A program made the position numbers and the translations under genes. The notes below the pieces were generated by a model that worked only from the letters and a program-made list of their open reading frames with translations, was not told the DNA's origin and did not search any database. A DNA stretch of 64,000 bases, taken from contig CAWDYM010000002.1 of assembly GCA_963806665.1 (NCBI GenBank), positions 2,326-66,325 on the forward strand, given 5' to 3'. This DNA comes from an uncultured Alphaproteobacteria bacterium (GTDB lineage: Bacteria > Pseudomonadota > Alphaproteobacteria > Rhizobiales > Beijerinckiaceae). Numbering within the stretch: the first letter of the stretch is position 1; each line of letters begins with the position of its first letter. Of the stretch, positions 47,776 to 55,934 are shown piece after piece.

Positions 47776-48526
47776 GCTCTCCATCCGCTGTGCGGGCGTC
47801 GGAAAGGCGTTCCAGCTCTACGCGCATCAGAACGACCAGCTCAAGCAGGTCATCTTCGGCTTGTGGAAGAAATTCTACAAGGAGAAGTGGGTTCTCAACG
47901 ACGTGAACTTCACGGTCCGGAGAGGCGAACGCGTCGGCATTGTGGGGCGCAACGGCGCGGGCAAGACCACGCTGCTGCAGATTCTGTGCGGCATCACTTT
48001 TCCGACCAAGGGCGATTTCGAGGTCGACGGCCGCATCGCGCCGATTCTGGCGCTCGGCTCTGGCTTCGACGGTCTGCTGACGGGGCGTGAGAACGCCCGC
48101 ATCGGCGCTGCGATCCTGGGGCTCTCGCGCAAGCAGGTCGACGAGCGCATCGAGGATATTGCGGCTTTCGCCGAGATCGGCTCCTTTTTCGAGCAGCCGA
48201 TGCGCACTTACTCGATGGGCATGATCGCGCGCGTCGCTTTCGCGATCTGCGCCCATGCCGACGCCGACGTGCTGATCGTGGACGAGGCGCTTTCGGTGGG
48301 CGATGAAATCTTCCAGCGCAAATGCGAGAGATACATCGCGGAATTCAGCCGCACCGGCACGATTCTGATGGTCTCGCACGACCTCAACTTCCTGCAAAAC
48401 CTTTGCGACCGCGTGCTCTGGCTGGAGAATGGCGTCGTGAAGGAAAGCGGCGAGCCTGCAAGGATCATCGCCGACTATCGCGCGGCGATGATCGCCGAGG
48501 AAACTCAGGCGAGCGGCGCGGCGTAG
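47765..48526 (+). CDS. ABC transporter ATP-binding protein (Wzt/TagH-like, short form)
   Basis: Walker A GRNGAGKTT, signature YSMGM (LSGGQ-variant typical of Wzt/TagH), Walker B LIVDEALSVGD. The ATG at 47765 overlaps the permease stop. Confidence 0.85.
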   Translation: MSSELSIRCAGVGKAFQLYAHQNDQLKQVIFGLWKKFYKEKWVLNDVNFTVRRGERVGIVGRNGAGKTTLLQILCGITFPTKGDFEVDGRIAPILALGSGFDGLLTGRENARIGAAILGLSRKQVDERIEDIAAFAEIGSFFEQPMRTYSMGMIARVAFAICAHADADVLIVDEALSVGDEIFQRKCERYIAEFSRTGTILMVSHDLNFLQNLCDRVLWLENGVVKESGEPARIIADYRAAMIAEETQASGAA

Positions 48527-49665
48527 CTGGGGGTCGCCGGCAGCCCTGCGTCATAGCGCCGTGGTCTGGGGCTATGGTTGAGCCGCGCGATCAGCCATAG
48601 CGACACGCCGATTTCAGCCATGACCGCCGCGACGAGCAGAAGCGAGAAATAGGCGCTGACTCGCAGCAGCGATTCCAGCGCGACCAGGAACCCGACGTGG
48701 ACGGCCGGGATCGCGATGATGATGAGGCCGCCCGCCGCGCCGCGCCGTCCCGTGATGTTGCCGAAGGCGAGGACGAGCGCCATCGCAAGGAGCGTATGCG
48801 CGAGCGCGAGGGCGGGCACGCCGAAGCGCTTAGCCGCCTCAGCGGTCCATTCGCCATACTGGCGCGGATCGGTCTTCGCCAATTCGCGATTCGCAATGAA
48901 GGCGCTGGCCGAGAGTTCGTACACGCCTTTCCAGCCGCGGTCCGGCAGCGCGCCGCTGCCCTGCATCGGCAACGCCATGGCGTATTCGTCGAAACTGGCG
49001 ATGCGCACGTCATTGCTCGTCAGCGAGCGGGTCTGGATGCTGCCGTTCGACAGCGCGACGATGACGCCGGAATCGTTGCGGCGGAACTCCGCGCGCGCCG
49101 CGGTGATCGTCTCCTCCTGCATCTTCTCGACCGAAATCTGTCTTACGAACAGATTTGCGGCGATGTCCGGGGTGACCCAGCGCTCGATGTAGAGCGTCTT
49201 CACGCCATTGGAGAAAGTGTAGAAATGCGCCGCGTCGAGCATGCGGTGATTGAGCGAATTGCGCACGACGTTCAAAACGTCCTGCATGGCGCTCGAATAA
49301 TGCGGCGCAATGAAATTGGCGAGCAGGTAGCCGATGACGACGATGCCCGCGGCCAGCGACAGCGCCGGCCGGCAGATGGACCAGGCGGAAAGCCGCAGCG
49401 CATAGAGCACGGCGATCATGCCCTCGCTCGCCATGCGGGAGAATTCGAGCGCTGTCGCCACGCCCACCGCCATGGGAAGCGTGACAAAGGCGACCGTCGG
49501 CGTCACCCCGATCAGGGCGGGAATCACGAGGCCGCCGCGCACGGCCGCGGGCGGCAGCTGATACAGCAGATAAGATAGAACCACCGGCACCGACAGCGCG
49601 AACTGCACGACGAGAACGTTGAAGCCCACGCGCTTGAACAGGTAGAGGAAGAGCAGGCGCGGCAT
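48505..49665 (-). CDS. LptF/LptG (YjgP/YjgQ) family permease, solitary copy
   Basis: 386 aa. N-terminus MPRLLFLYLFKRVGFNVLVVQFAL. Layout is 3 TM, a periplasmic beta-jellyroll-size insert, then 3 TM. Confidence 0.75.
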   Translation of the reverse strand: MPRLLFLYLFKRVGFNVLVVQFALSVPVVLSYLLYQLPPAAVRGGLVIPALIGVTPTVAFVTLPMAVGVATALEFSRMASEGMIAVLYALRLSAWSICRPALSLAAGIVVIGYLLANFIAPHYSSAMQDVLNVVRNSLNHRMLDAAHFYTFSNGVKTLYIERWVTPDIAANLFVRQISVEKMQEETITAARAEFRRNDSGVIVALSNGSIQTRSLTSNDVRIASFDEYAMALPMQGSGALPDRGWKGVYELSASAFIANRELAKTDPRQYGEWTAEAAKRFGVPALALAHTLLAMALVLAFGNITGRRGAAGGLIIIAIPAVHVGFLVALESLLRVSAYFSLLLVAAVMAEIGVSLWLIARLNHSPRPRRYDAGLPATPSYAAPLA

Positions 49666-49687
49666 GGGGGCTACCGATCGAGACGGG

Positions 49688-50578
49688 TCATTTCTTGAAC
49701 CGCGCCCAGGCGGCCTTCGAATATTCCGTCCAGGCGGGGTCGAACACGCCGCGCGCGGGCAGGGCCACGGCTCCGGCCCAATGGGCGAAATAGATCTCCT
49801 TGCCGTCGACGTCGATCGGCTTGCCGTCCCGGAACGTCACGCCGGGCGCCTTGTAGAAGCTCTCGTGCGACGCCTGCGCGACGACATTCGGCAAAAGCTC
49901 GATCTTCAGCCCGCGGCGATGCGTGACGAAGTTCACGAGCGGTTGGGCGAAGAGCTGCCCGCGTTTGCGCACATCATGGAAGATGGCTGCATCGACCTTC
50001 ATGGTCTCGATGAAGTCGGAAAGCTTCAGATATTTGTTGGAGGTGACCCAGAAGCCGTCGTTGAACAGCAGGACGTCCTTAAGGAAGGGGTATCTGTCGC
50101 GCCGGTCGTTGTAGACGTATTCGAAGCTCGGCGACGCCACGATGAACTCGGTCTTGCCCGCCTCGAGCTTTCCGAAGATCGGGGTGAAGTCACGGAACAG
50201 GAGGACGTCGACGTCGACATAGGCGACTTCGTCGAGCGGCAGAGCGAGCGCCTGCAGTTTGCGCAGGCGGCGGCGGTTCGTATTGAAAATGCCCGGATAA
50301 AGCTCGTTGGAAAGCTTGTCGATCTCGACCGGCTCCTCCGCGACATAGGTCGCGCCGTAAATATCTGCGGCGCGCCGGGTCATCGAGACATTGTCGTCGT
50401 AGGGAATCAGATAGATTGGCAGCGTGGAGTTCGTGTCCCGGTAGCTCTCAAGGAACGGCAGCAGCCAGTCGATGATCTTGTCGTTGCCGACAATGGCGAT
50501 GCCATAGCGCTTCGCGGGGGCCGCGCCGGTCTCGGCGTCGGGCGCGCGGAGGGGTGGATTTGGGTGTAGAAGGCTCAT
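49688..50578 (-). CDS. Putative GT-A fold glycosyltransferase (GT8-like, DxD)
   Basis: YGIAIVGNDKIIDWLLPFLESY and VAYVDVDVLLFRDF (DxD) suggest a nucleotide-sugar transferase. The start is ambiguous (ATG at 50578 or 50626). The AT-rich stretch 50591-50610 looks intergenic, which favours 50578. Confidence 0.45.
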   Translation of the reverse strand: MSLLHPNPPLRAPDAETGAAPAKRYGIAIVGNDKIIDWLLPFLESYRDTNSTLPIYLIPYDDNVSMTRRAADIYGATYVAEEPVEIDKLSNELYPGIFNTNRRRLRKLQALALPLDEVAYVDVDVLLFRDFTPIFGKLEAGKTEFIVASPSFEYVYNDRRDRYPFLKDVLLFNDGFWVTSNKYLKLSDFIETMKVDAAIFHDVRKRGQLFAQPLVNFVTHRRGLKIELLPNVVAQASHESFYKAPGVTFRDGKPIDVDGKEIYFAHWAGAVALPARGVFDPAWTEYSKAAWARFKK

Positions 50579-50625
50579 ATACGGGGTGTACTTATAAAAT
50601 TTGGTCAAAAGCAAGGGGGCAGCCA

Positions 50626-51888
50626 TTGGGCGAGGTTTCGCAGACGCCGGCGGGCGACGCCCCCCCCTTGGGCAAACCGTTGACAGGCAAGACGGTCGCG
50701 GTCGTGCACGCCGCCTGGCACAGCTGTGGCAGCTATCAGGTCAATGTCAGCCAGATCGCCGCCTATCGAAAGCTTGGGGCGCGGGTCGTCTCCGTCGCGA
50801 TGATGGACGCGCTGGGTCCATCTGCGCCGGAAGGCGCGCGCTGGGACGCCTATATCGACGCCTCTCGAAACATCAACGCCAGCCGGCGCTATTATTCCGG
50901 CGCGCCGACGTCGTCGCTGTTCTCGCCGGTTTTTCTGGCCAAGGGCTACTGGCGGCTGATTCATGGCGATCAGGCCTCCTGGCTCGTCGAACTCGCCAAG
51001 CGCGCGCCCACGCCCGAAGCTTTCGAAGACGAGACGATCGACCTCATTCATGCGAATCACTTTTTCACTTTGCCTTTCGTGGAGCGGCTCAAGGGCGGGA
51101 AGCGAATTCCCGTGATTCTGGAGACGCAGGATATTCAGGCGCGCCAGTTCGTGCTGCGCAATCAGGGTGGCTTCTTCATTCCCCCCCGCGCCGATTACGC
51201 GGACATGCTGATGGTGGAGCTCGACTGGATGCGTCGCGCCGACCTCTGCGCGCATCTCAACGAGGGAGAGCATCTCGACTTCGGCAATCTCCTGCCGGAG
51301 AAGCGTCATGCGCTGATCTATCCCGCCGTCTCTGAGGCGCCGCGCGCGAAGGGGCGCGACATCATCATCGTCGCGAGCGATAATTACGCCAATTACAAAA
51401 GCATCCGCTGGTTGTTGAACGACGTGCTGCCGCGGGCCGGCGGCGCCAAAGTGTCGATCTATGGAAACATCGACGAGGGCGTGAAGCGGCGCGACCCCGA
51501 TCTTTACGGGGCGCACAGCGCGCTGTTTCGCGGCCGGGTGGACAATATCGGCCTCGCCTACTCACGGGCGGGCTTTGTCCTGCTGCCGACGATCGAAGGC
51601 CATGGCCTTTCGATCAAGGCGGTCGAGGCGCTTTCCTGCGGGGCGCCGCTCATCGCCACGCCGCTCGCCTTTCGCGGCATGGGGGTCGATCCCTCGACGC
51701 TGTCCAATGTCCAGCTGGCGCAGGACGCCGAGACGTTCGCGCGCTTATGGCGCGCCGCGCAGGCGCGCTGCGACAGGGGCGACACGCCGGGCGCGCTGAG
51801 CGACACGCGCCGATTTTACGAACAGGCGTTCAGCCTCGACGCCTATGCGCGCGCGCTCTCGGAGGCGCTGCGCTCGCTGGCGGCATGA
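50626..51888 (+). CDS. GT-B fold glycosyltransferase (GT4-like), paralog 1
   Basis: About 420 aa. C-terminal donor-binding region LLPTIEGHGLSIKAVEALSCGAPLIATPLAFRG. The TTG at 50626 follows AAGGGGG. Colinear with the downstream paralog throughout. Confidence 0.7.
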   Translation: MGEVSQTPAGDAPPLGKPLTGKTVAVVHAAWHSCGSYQVNVSQIAAYRKLGARVVSVAMMDALGPSAPEGARWDAYIDASRNINASRRYYSGAPTSSLFSPVFLAKGYWRLIHGDQASWLVELAKRAPTPEAFEDETIDLIHANHFFTLPFVERLKGGKRIPVILETQDIQARQFVLRNQGGFFIPPRADYADMLMVELDWMRRADLCAHLNEGEHLDFGNLLPEKRHALIYPAVSEAPRAKGRDIIIVASDNYANYKSIRWLLNDVLPRAGGAKVSIYGNIDEGVKRRDPDLYGAHSALFRGRVDNIGLAYSRAGFVLLPTIEGHGLSIKAVEALSCGAPLIATPLAFRGMGVDPSTLSNVQLAQDAETFARLWRAAQARCDRGDTPGALSDTRRFYEQAFSLDAYARALSEALRSLAA

Positions 51889-53112
51889 GCGCCTCTCCTC
51901 TCGCCGGCCGCCGCGTCGCGCTCGTTCATCCGGCCTGGCATTCCTGCGGCACTTATCGTGTCGTGCTGGGGCAGATCGAGGCCTATCGCGCGCTCGGGGC
52001 CGATGTTGCGCCCATCGCCATCAGCTCTGACCCCGGCTTCGTTCACGGCCGCGACTGGATATGGAAAACCTTTCGCGACGCGACGCCCGAACTCGACGCC
52101 GGCCCGCGTTACTATGGCGGCGCGCCTTTCCACGCCATGCTCGGCCCGCGCTTCCTCGCGCGCGTCCTGTGGCCTTACATCCACGGAGATCAGGCGGCGA
52201 TCCGGCTCGGCATGTCCGAACGCGCTTCGCTTTCCCCGAAGGTCGAGAAGCGCGCCTACGACCTCGTCCATTGCAATCACTTCTTCCTCATGCCGGTCGC
52301 GCGGCGTCTGGCGCGCGGGGCCGCGCCGATCATGCTGGATTCGCACGATCTGCAGGCGCGCCAGTTCACGCTGATCAATGAGGGGATGCCCTGGCTCTCC
52401 CCGCGGATCGCCTACGAGACCATGCTGGCGCAGGAGCTCGACGCGATGCGCGGCGCCGACCTGCTTCTGCATCTCAACGCGCAGGAGGCTGCGGACTTTG
52501 GCGCGATGCTTCCCGAGAAGCGCCATCTCCTGCTTTATCCGCCGACGCCTTCGGCGCCGACGGGGCCGGGCGGCGGCGACATCGTCATCGTCTCCAGCAA
52601 CAATACGGCGAATGTCGAAAGCCTGATCTGGTTCCTTGGCGAGGTTGCGCCGCTTGCGCCGGGCCTCGAAATCAGGATCGCCGGGAGCGTGGACGCCGGC
52701 GTGCGCGCCCGCGCGCCCGAGCAATATGAGCGCTACAGTCGCTGGTTCCTGGGGCGGGTCGACGACCCCGGCGCGCTCTACGCGAGGGCGCGGCTTGTGT
52801 TGTTGCCGACGGTGAGCGGAACGGGCCTCTCGATAAAAACCGTCGAGGCCATGTCGAGCGGCCTTCCCATCGTCGCCTCTCCCCTGGCGCTGCGCGGCAT
52901 GGATGAGGCCGCCCTGGGCATCGCGGGCCTGCGCGTCGCGGAATTCGGCGAAGCAGTTCGCCGATGCCATTCGGGAAGCCATGGCGGCGCCGGCGCCCGA
53001 CGAATCGTCGCGGAGGCGGAGCGGCGCGCGCGCCTATTACGAGGCGCGTTTCTCCCAGGCGGCCTATGTCCGCGATCTCGAAGCGGCAGCCGGCGCGCTT
53101 CTGAACGGCTGA
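51885..53112 (+). pseudogene. GT-B fold glycosyltransferase (GT4-like), paralog 2, frame broken by one extra base
   Basis: The ATG at 51885 overlaps the stop of paralog 1 (ATGA). Good up to ...ALGIAGLRVA. The +1 frame (ORF 52903-53112) continues NSAKQFADAIREAMAAPAPDE...YYEARFSQAAYVRDLEAAAGALLNG, matching the paralog tail (FYEQAFSLDAYARALSEAL). The extra base is at about 52941. Confidence 0.7.
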
Positions 53113-53289
53113 GACTTGAGCTCTCCAGTATAGGAAACAATCGATTATGTCCCGGTGTGACGCATTGGCAACGCCGCGGGTAAATTAGCGAAATGGCGGG
53201 TTCGCTAATTTCTTAGAAGATTCCGGAGTGTTACCTTCCCTTATCTTGTTCGCTTCGCCGACACCGGCCTTGCCGTTTGGAGAGACTAC

Positions 53290-54072
53290 ATGACAATCAA
53301 GGCTACGGTTATCGGCGCATTGGCGTCGATTCTGGCGATCGGCGCGGCCGCCGCCGCCGACCTTCCCAGCTTCAAGGCTCCGCCGCCGCCGCCCCCGCCG
53401 ATTTTCAGCTGGACGGGGCTTCACGTCGGCGTGAGCGGGGCCTATGCCGGCGGCTCCTCGGGCTATAATTCGAATGTTTCGGCCTTCGGCACGGCGACCC
53501 TGCCTGGCGCGGCCTTCGCCACCACCTCCTCCTATGGCACGAGCGGCTATATGGTCGGCATGCAAAGCGGCGCCGACTGGCAGCTCGCGAACAACGTGGT
53601 GGTCGGTTACGAATCCGAATTCGACTACGCGGACGTGCGCAGCAGCAACGGCAGCGCTTTCGGCTCGCCTTTCGTCACCCGCCTGAACTGGTTCGGCGCC
53701 GAGCGCCTGCGCTTCGGCTACGCCTTCGGGCGCTTCATGCCCTACATCACGGGCGGTCTCGCCTATGGCCAGGTGCGCGCCAATGGCAATGAAATCGTCG
53801 GCGGCATCCTCTTCCCGACCAGCGCCTCCAACTGGCAGGCGGGCTGGACGGTCGGCGCCGGCCTAGAATACGCCGTGCTGAACAATGTCTCGGTGAAGGC
53901 CGAATATCTCTACACGAGCCTCAACGGCACGCATGGCGCGGGCCTCGGTTTCCCGAACGCCTACCGCACGTTCCAGGGCAACGGCTTTGACACCCACGTC
54001 GCCCGCATCGGCGTCAACTATCACGTCAAGACGCTCGGCGCGCTGATCGGCCTTCCCGATCTCGGCATCTGA
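53290..54072 (+). CDS. Outer-membrane beta-barrel protein (Omp25/Omp31/RopB-like porin family)
   Basis: 260 aa. Signal peptide, a poly-Pro linker, WTGLHVGV..., alternating aromatic beta-strand pattern, and the AGLEYAV...VKAEYLYTSL...ARIGVNYH terminal strands. Confidence 0.8.
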   Translation: MTIKATVIGALASILAIGAAAAADLPSFKAPPPPPPPIFSWTGLHVGVSGAYAGGSSGYNSNVSAFGTATLPGAAFATTSSYGTSGYMVGMQSGADWQLANNVVVGYESEFDYADVRSSNGSAFGSPFVTRLNWFGAERLRFGYAFGRFMPYITGGLAYGQVRANGNEIVGGILFPTSASNWQAGWTVGAGLEYAVLNNVSVKAEYLYTSLNGTHGAGLGFPNAYRTFQGNGFDTHVARIGVNYHVKTLGALIGLPDLGI

Positions 54073-54097
54073 GCCGAACCGCCTTCACGAATGTAAA

Positions 54098-54123
54098 GCC
54101 CGGCCCATGAGGCCGGGCTTTTT
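54098..54123 (+). terminator. Rho-independent terminator of the porin gene
   Basis: GCCCGGCC (54098-54105) / GGCCGGGC (54111-54118), loop CATGA, then TTTTT (54119-54123). Confidence 0.65.
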
Positions 54124-54240
54124 CGTGCAGCCTTCCCTGCGGCGACGCAGCGCCGCCTCGACGCCGCCGCCGGATGCGTTATTCTGCAAGGCATGATCCT
54201 GCCCTCCCAGATCATCCCGCCGGCCTCCGGGCTCGCGCAG

Positions 54241-55278
54241 ATGACAGATCGCTCGCGCGAGATCTTCCGCCGTCTCGTCGACAGTTATCTGGCGACGGGC
54301 GATCCCGTCGGCTCGCGCCAGCTCTCGCGCCTGCTGCCCATGACGCTCTCGCCGGCGTCCGTGCGCAACATCATGCAGGATCTCGAAGAGCTCGGCCTGA
54401 TCTATGCGCCGCACACCAGCGCCGGACGGCTGCCGACCGAACTTGGCCTGCGCTTCTTCGTCGATTCGATGCTGCAGATCGGCGATCTTGGCGACGCCGA
54501 GCGCGCGCGCATTGCGGCGGAGGTCGAGGCCGCCTCCAAGGACCATGATTTCGAGGGGGTGCTCGCGGAGGCGACCAGTCTCCTCTCCGGCCTGACGCGA
54601 ATCGCGGGGGTCGTCGTGGCGACGAAGGAGAACGTCCGCCTCAAGCAGATCGACTTCGTGCGGCTGGAGCCGGAGCGCGCGCTCGCCATCCTCGTCGCGG
54701 ACGACGGCACGGTGGAGAACCGCGTCATCCCCGTTCCGCGCGATCTGCCCGCGTCGGCGCTGACGGAGGCGGCGAATTACCTCAACGCCCGCATCACCGG
54801 GCGCACGCTGGGGGAAGCGCGCGAGGGGATCGCGGCCTCGCGCCAGGCGGCGCAGCTAGAGCTCGACGAACTCACCGCGCGCCTCGTCGAGGCAGGGCTC
54901 GCGAGCTGGGCGGGCGCAACGAGCGAGAACCGCCAGCTCATCGTACGCGGACAGGCGCATCTCCTCGAGGATCTCACCGCCGCGGCCGACCTCGAACGCG
55001 TGCGGCTCCTCTTCGCCGACCTCGAGACGAAGACCGAGGTCATCGATCTTCTCGAACGCGCGGAGGAGGGCGAGGGGGTGCGCATCTTCATCGGCTCCGA
55101 GAACAAGTTGTTCTCGCTCTCGGGATCGTCGATGATCGCGGCGCCGCTGCGCGACAGCGAGCGCCGCATCATCGGGGCGCTGGGTGTCATCGGCCCGACG
55201 CGGATCAATTACGCGCGCATCGTGCCGATGGTGGATTACACTGCGAAGGTCGTCGCCCGGGTCGTCGGCGGCGCCTGA
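54241..55278 (+). CDS. hrcA: Heat-inducible transcription repressor HrcA
   Basis: [29 protein letters not shown]...[28 protein letters not shown]. The ORF track starts at 54193; the ATG at 54241 gives the canonical N-terminus. Confidence 0.9.
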   Translation: MTDRSREIFRRLVDSYLATGDPVGSRQLSRLLPMTLSPASVRNIMQDLEELGLIYAPHTSAGRLPTELGLRFFVDSMLQIGDLGDAERARIAAEVEAASKDHDFEGVLAEATSLLSGLTRIAGVVVATKENVRLKQIDFVRLEPERALAILVADDGTVENRVIPVPRDLPASALTEAANYLNARITGRTLGEAREGIAASRQAAQLELDELTARLVEAGLASWAGATSENRQLIVRGQAHLLEDLTAAADLERVRLLFADLETKTEVIDLLERAEEGEGVRIFIGSENKLFSLSGSSMIAAPLRDSERRIIGALGVIGPTRINYARIVPMVDYTAKVVARVVGGA

Positions 55279-55285
55279 CGGCGCG

Positions 55286-55789
55286 TCAGTCCTTCTTGCC
55301 CTGTCCCTGCGTTTGGGTCTGGCCCGGCTCTTTCGTCGTCCCGCCGGAAGACGAGCGTCCGCCGCGCTCCTTGGCGCCGCTTTCCTTGGCGCCGCGATAT
55401 TCCTTGCCGGATCTCGTTTCATCGCGAGCGCTGCGTTGCCCGTCGCGATCCTTGTCGACGTTCTGGCCGCGTCTATCGTCGCGATCGCGATCCATGTCGC
55501 GATCGCGGTCGAAATTGCGATCGTAATCATCATGAGGCGCGCGGCCGTAACGATCATCGAAGCGATCATGGTAGCGTTCGCCGCGCCGCTCCTCATCCCA
55601 GTAACGGCTGTGCGGATGGCGATAGGAGAACCAGCAGTCGCCCTGGTCGTCGCAAACTCTCACGGCATGGGCCTCGACGACGCCATTGTCGAGCGCCGGC
55701 TTTGAGAGGGGCGTGGCTTTGGCCATCGGCGCGCCGAGCGCGAGCGCGCCTGAAGCAAGGGCCGTCATCGCAAAGAACTTGATCCTCAT
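55286..55789 (-). CDS. Exported, highly charged Asp/Arg-repeat low-complexity protein
   Basis: AGGAGG RBS before the ATG at 55789. Signal peptide MRIKFFAMTALASGALALGAPMAKA, a CDDQGDC motif, then DRFDDRYGRAPHDDYDRNFDRDRDMDRDRDDRR... and a Gly/Ser/Lys/Gln tail. Confidence 0.5.
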   Translation of the reverse strand: MRIKFFAMTALASGALALGAPMAKATPLSKPALDNGVVEAHAVRVCDDQGDCWFSYRHPHSRYWDEERRGERYHDRFDDRYGRAPHDDYDRNFDRDRDMDRDRDDRRGQNVDKDRDGQRSARDETRSGKEYRGAKESGAKERGGRSSSGGTTKEPGQTQTQGQGKKD

Positions 55790-55934
55790 CTTGTTCCTCC
55801 TTGTGCGTAGCCGTTCGAGCACGGCGAAAGGGTCGCGCGAGGCATTCGTAATTGTCGCGAGGATCGGCGCTTTCAACGCCGCGAGAACGTCGGCGAAAAA
55901 CAAAAAGCGCTCGGGAGGCGCCACGCTCGGCGCG

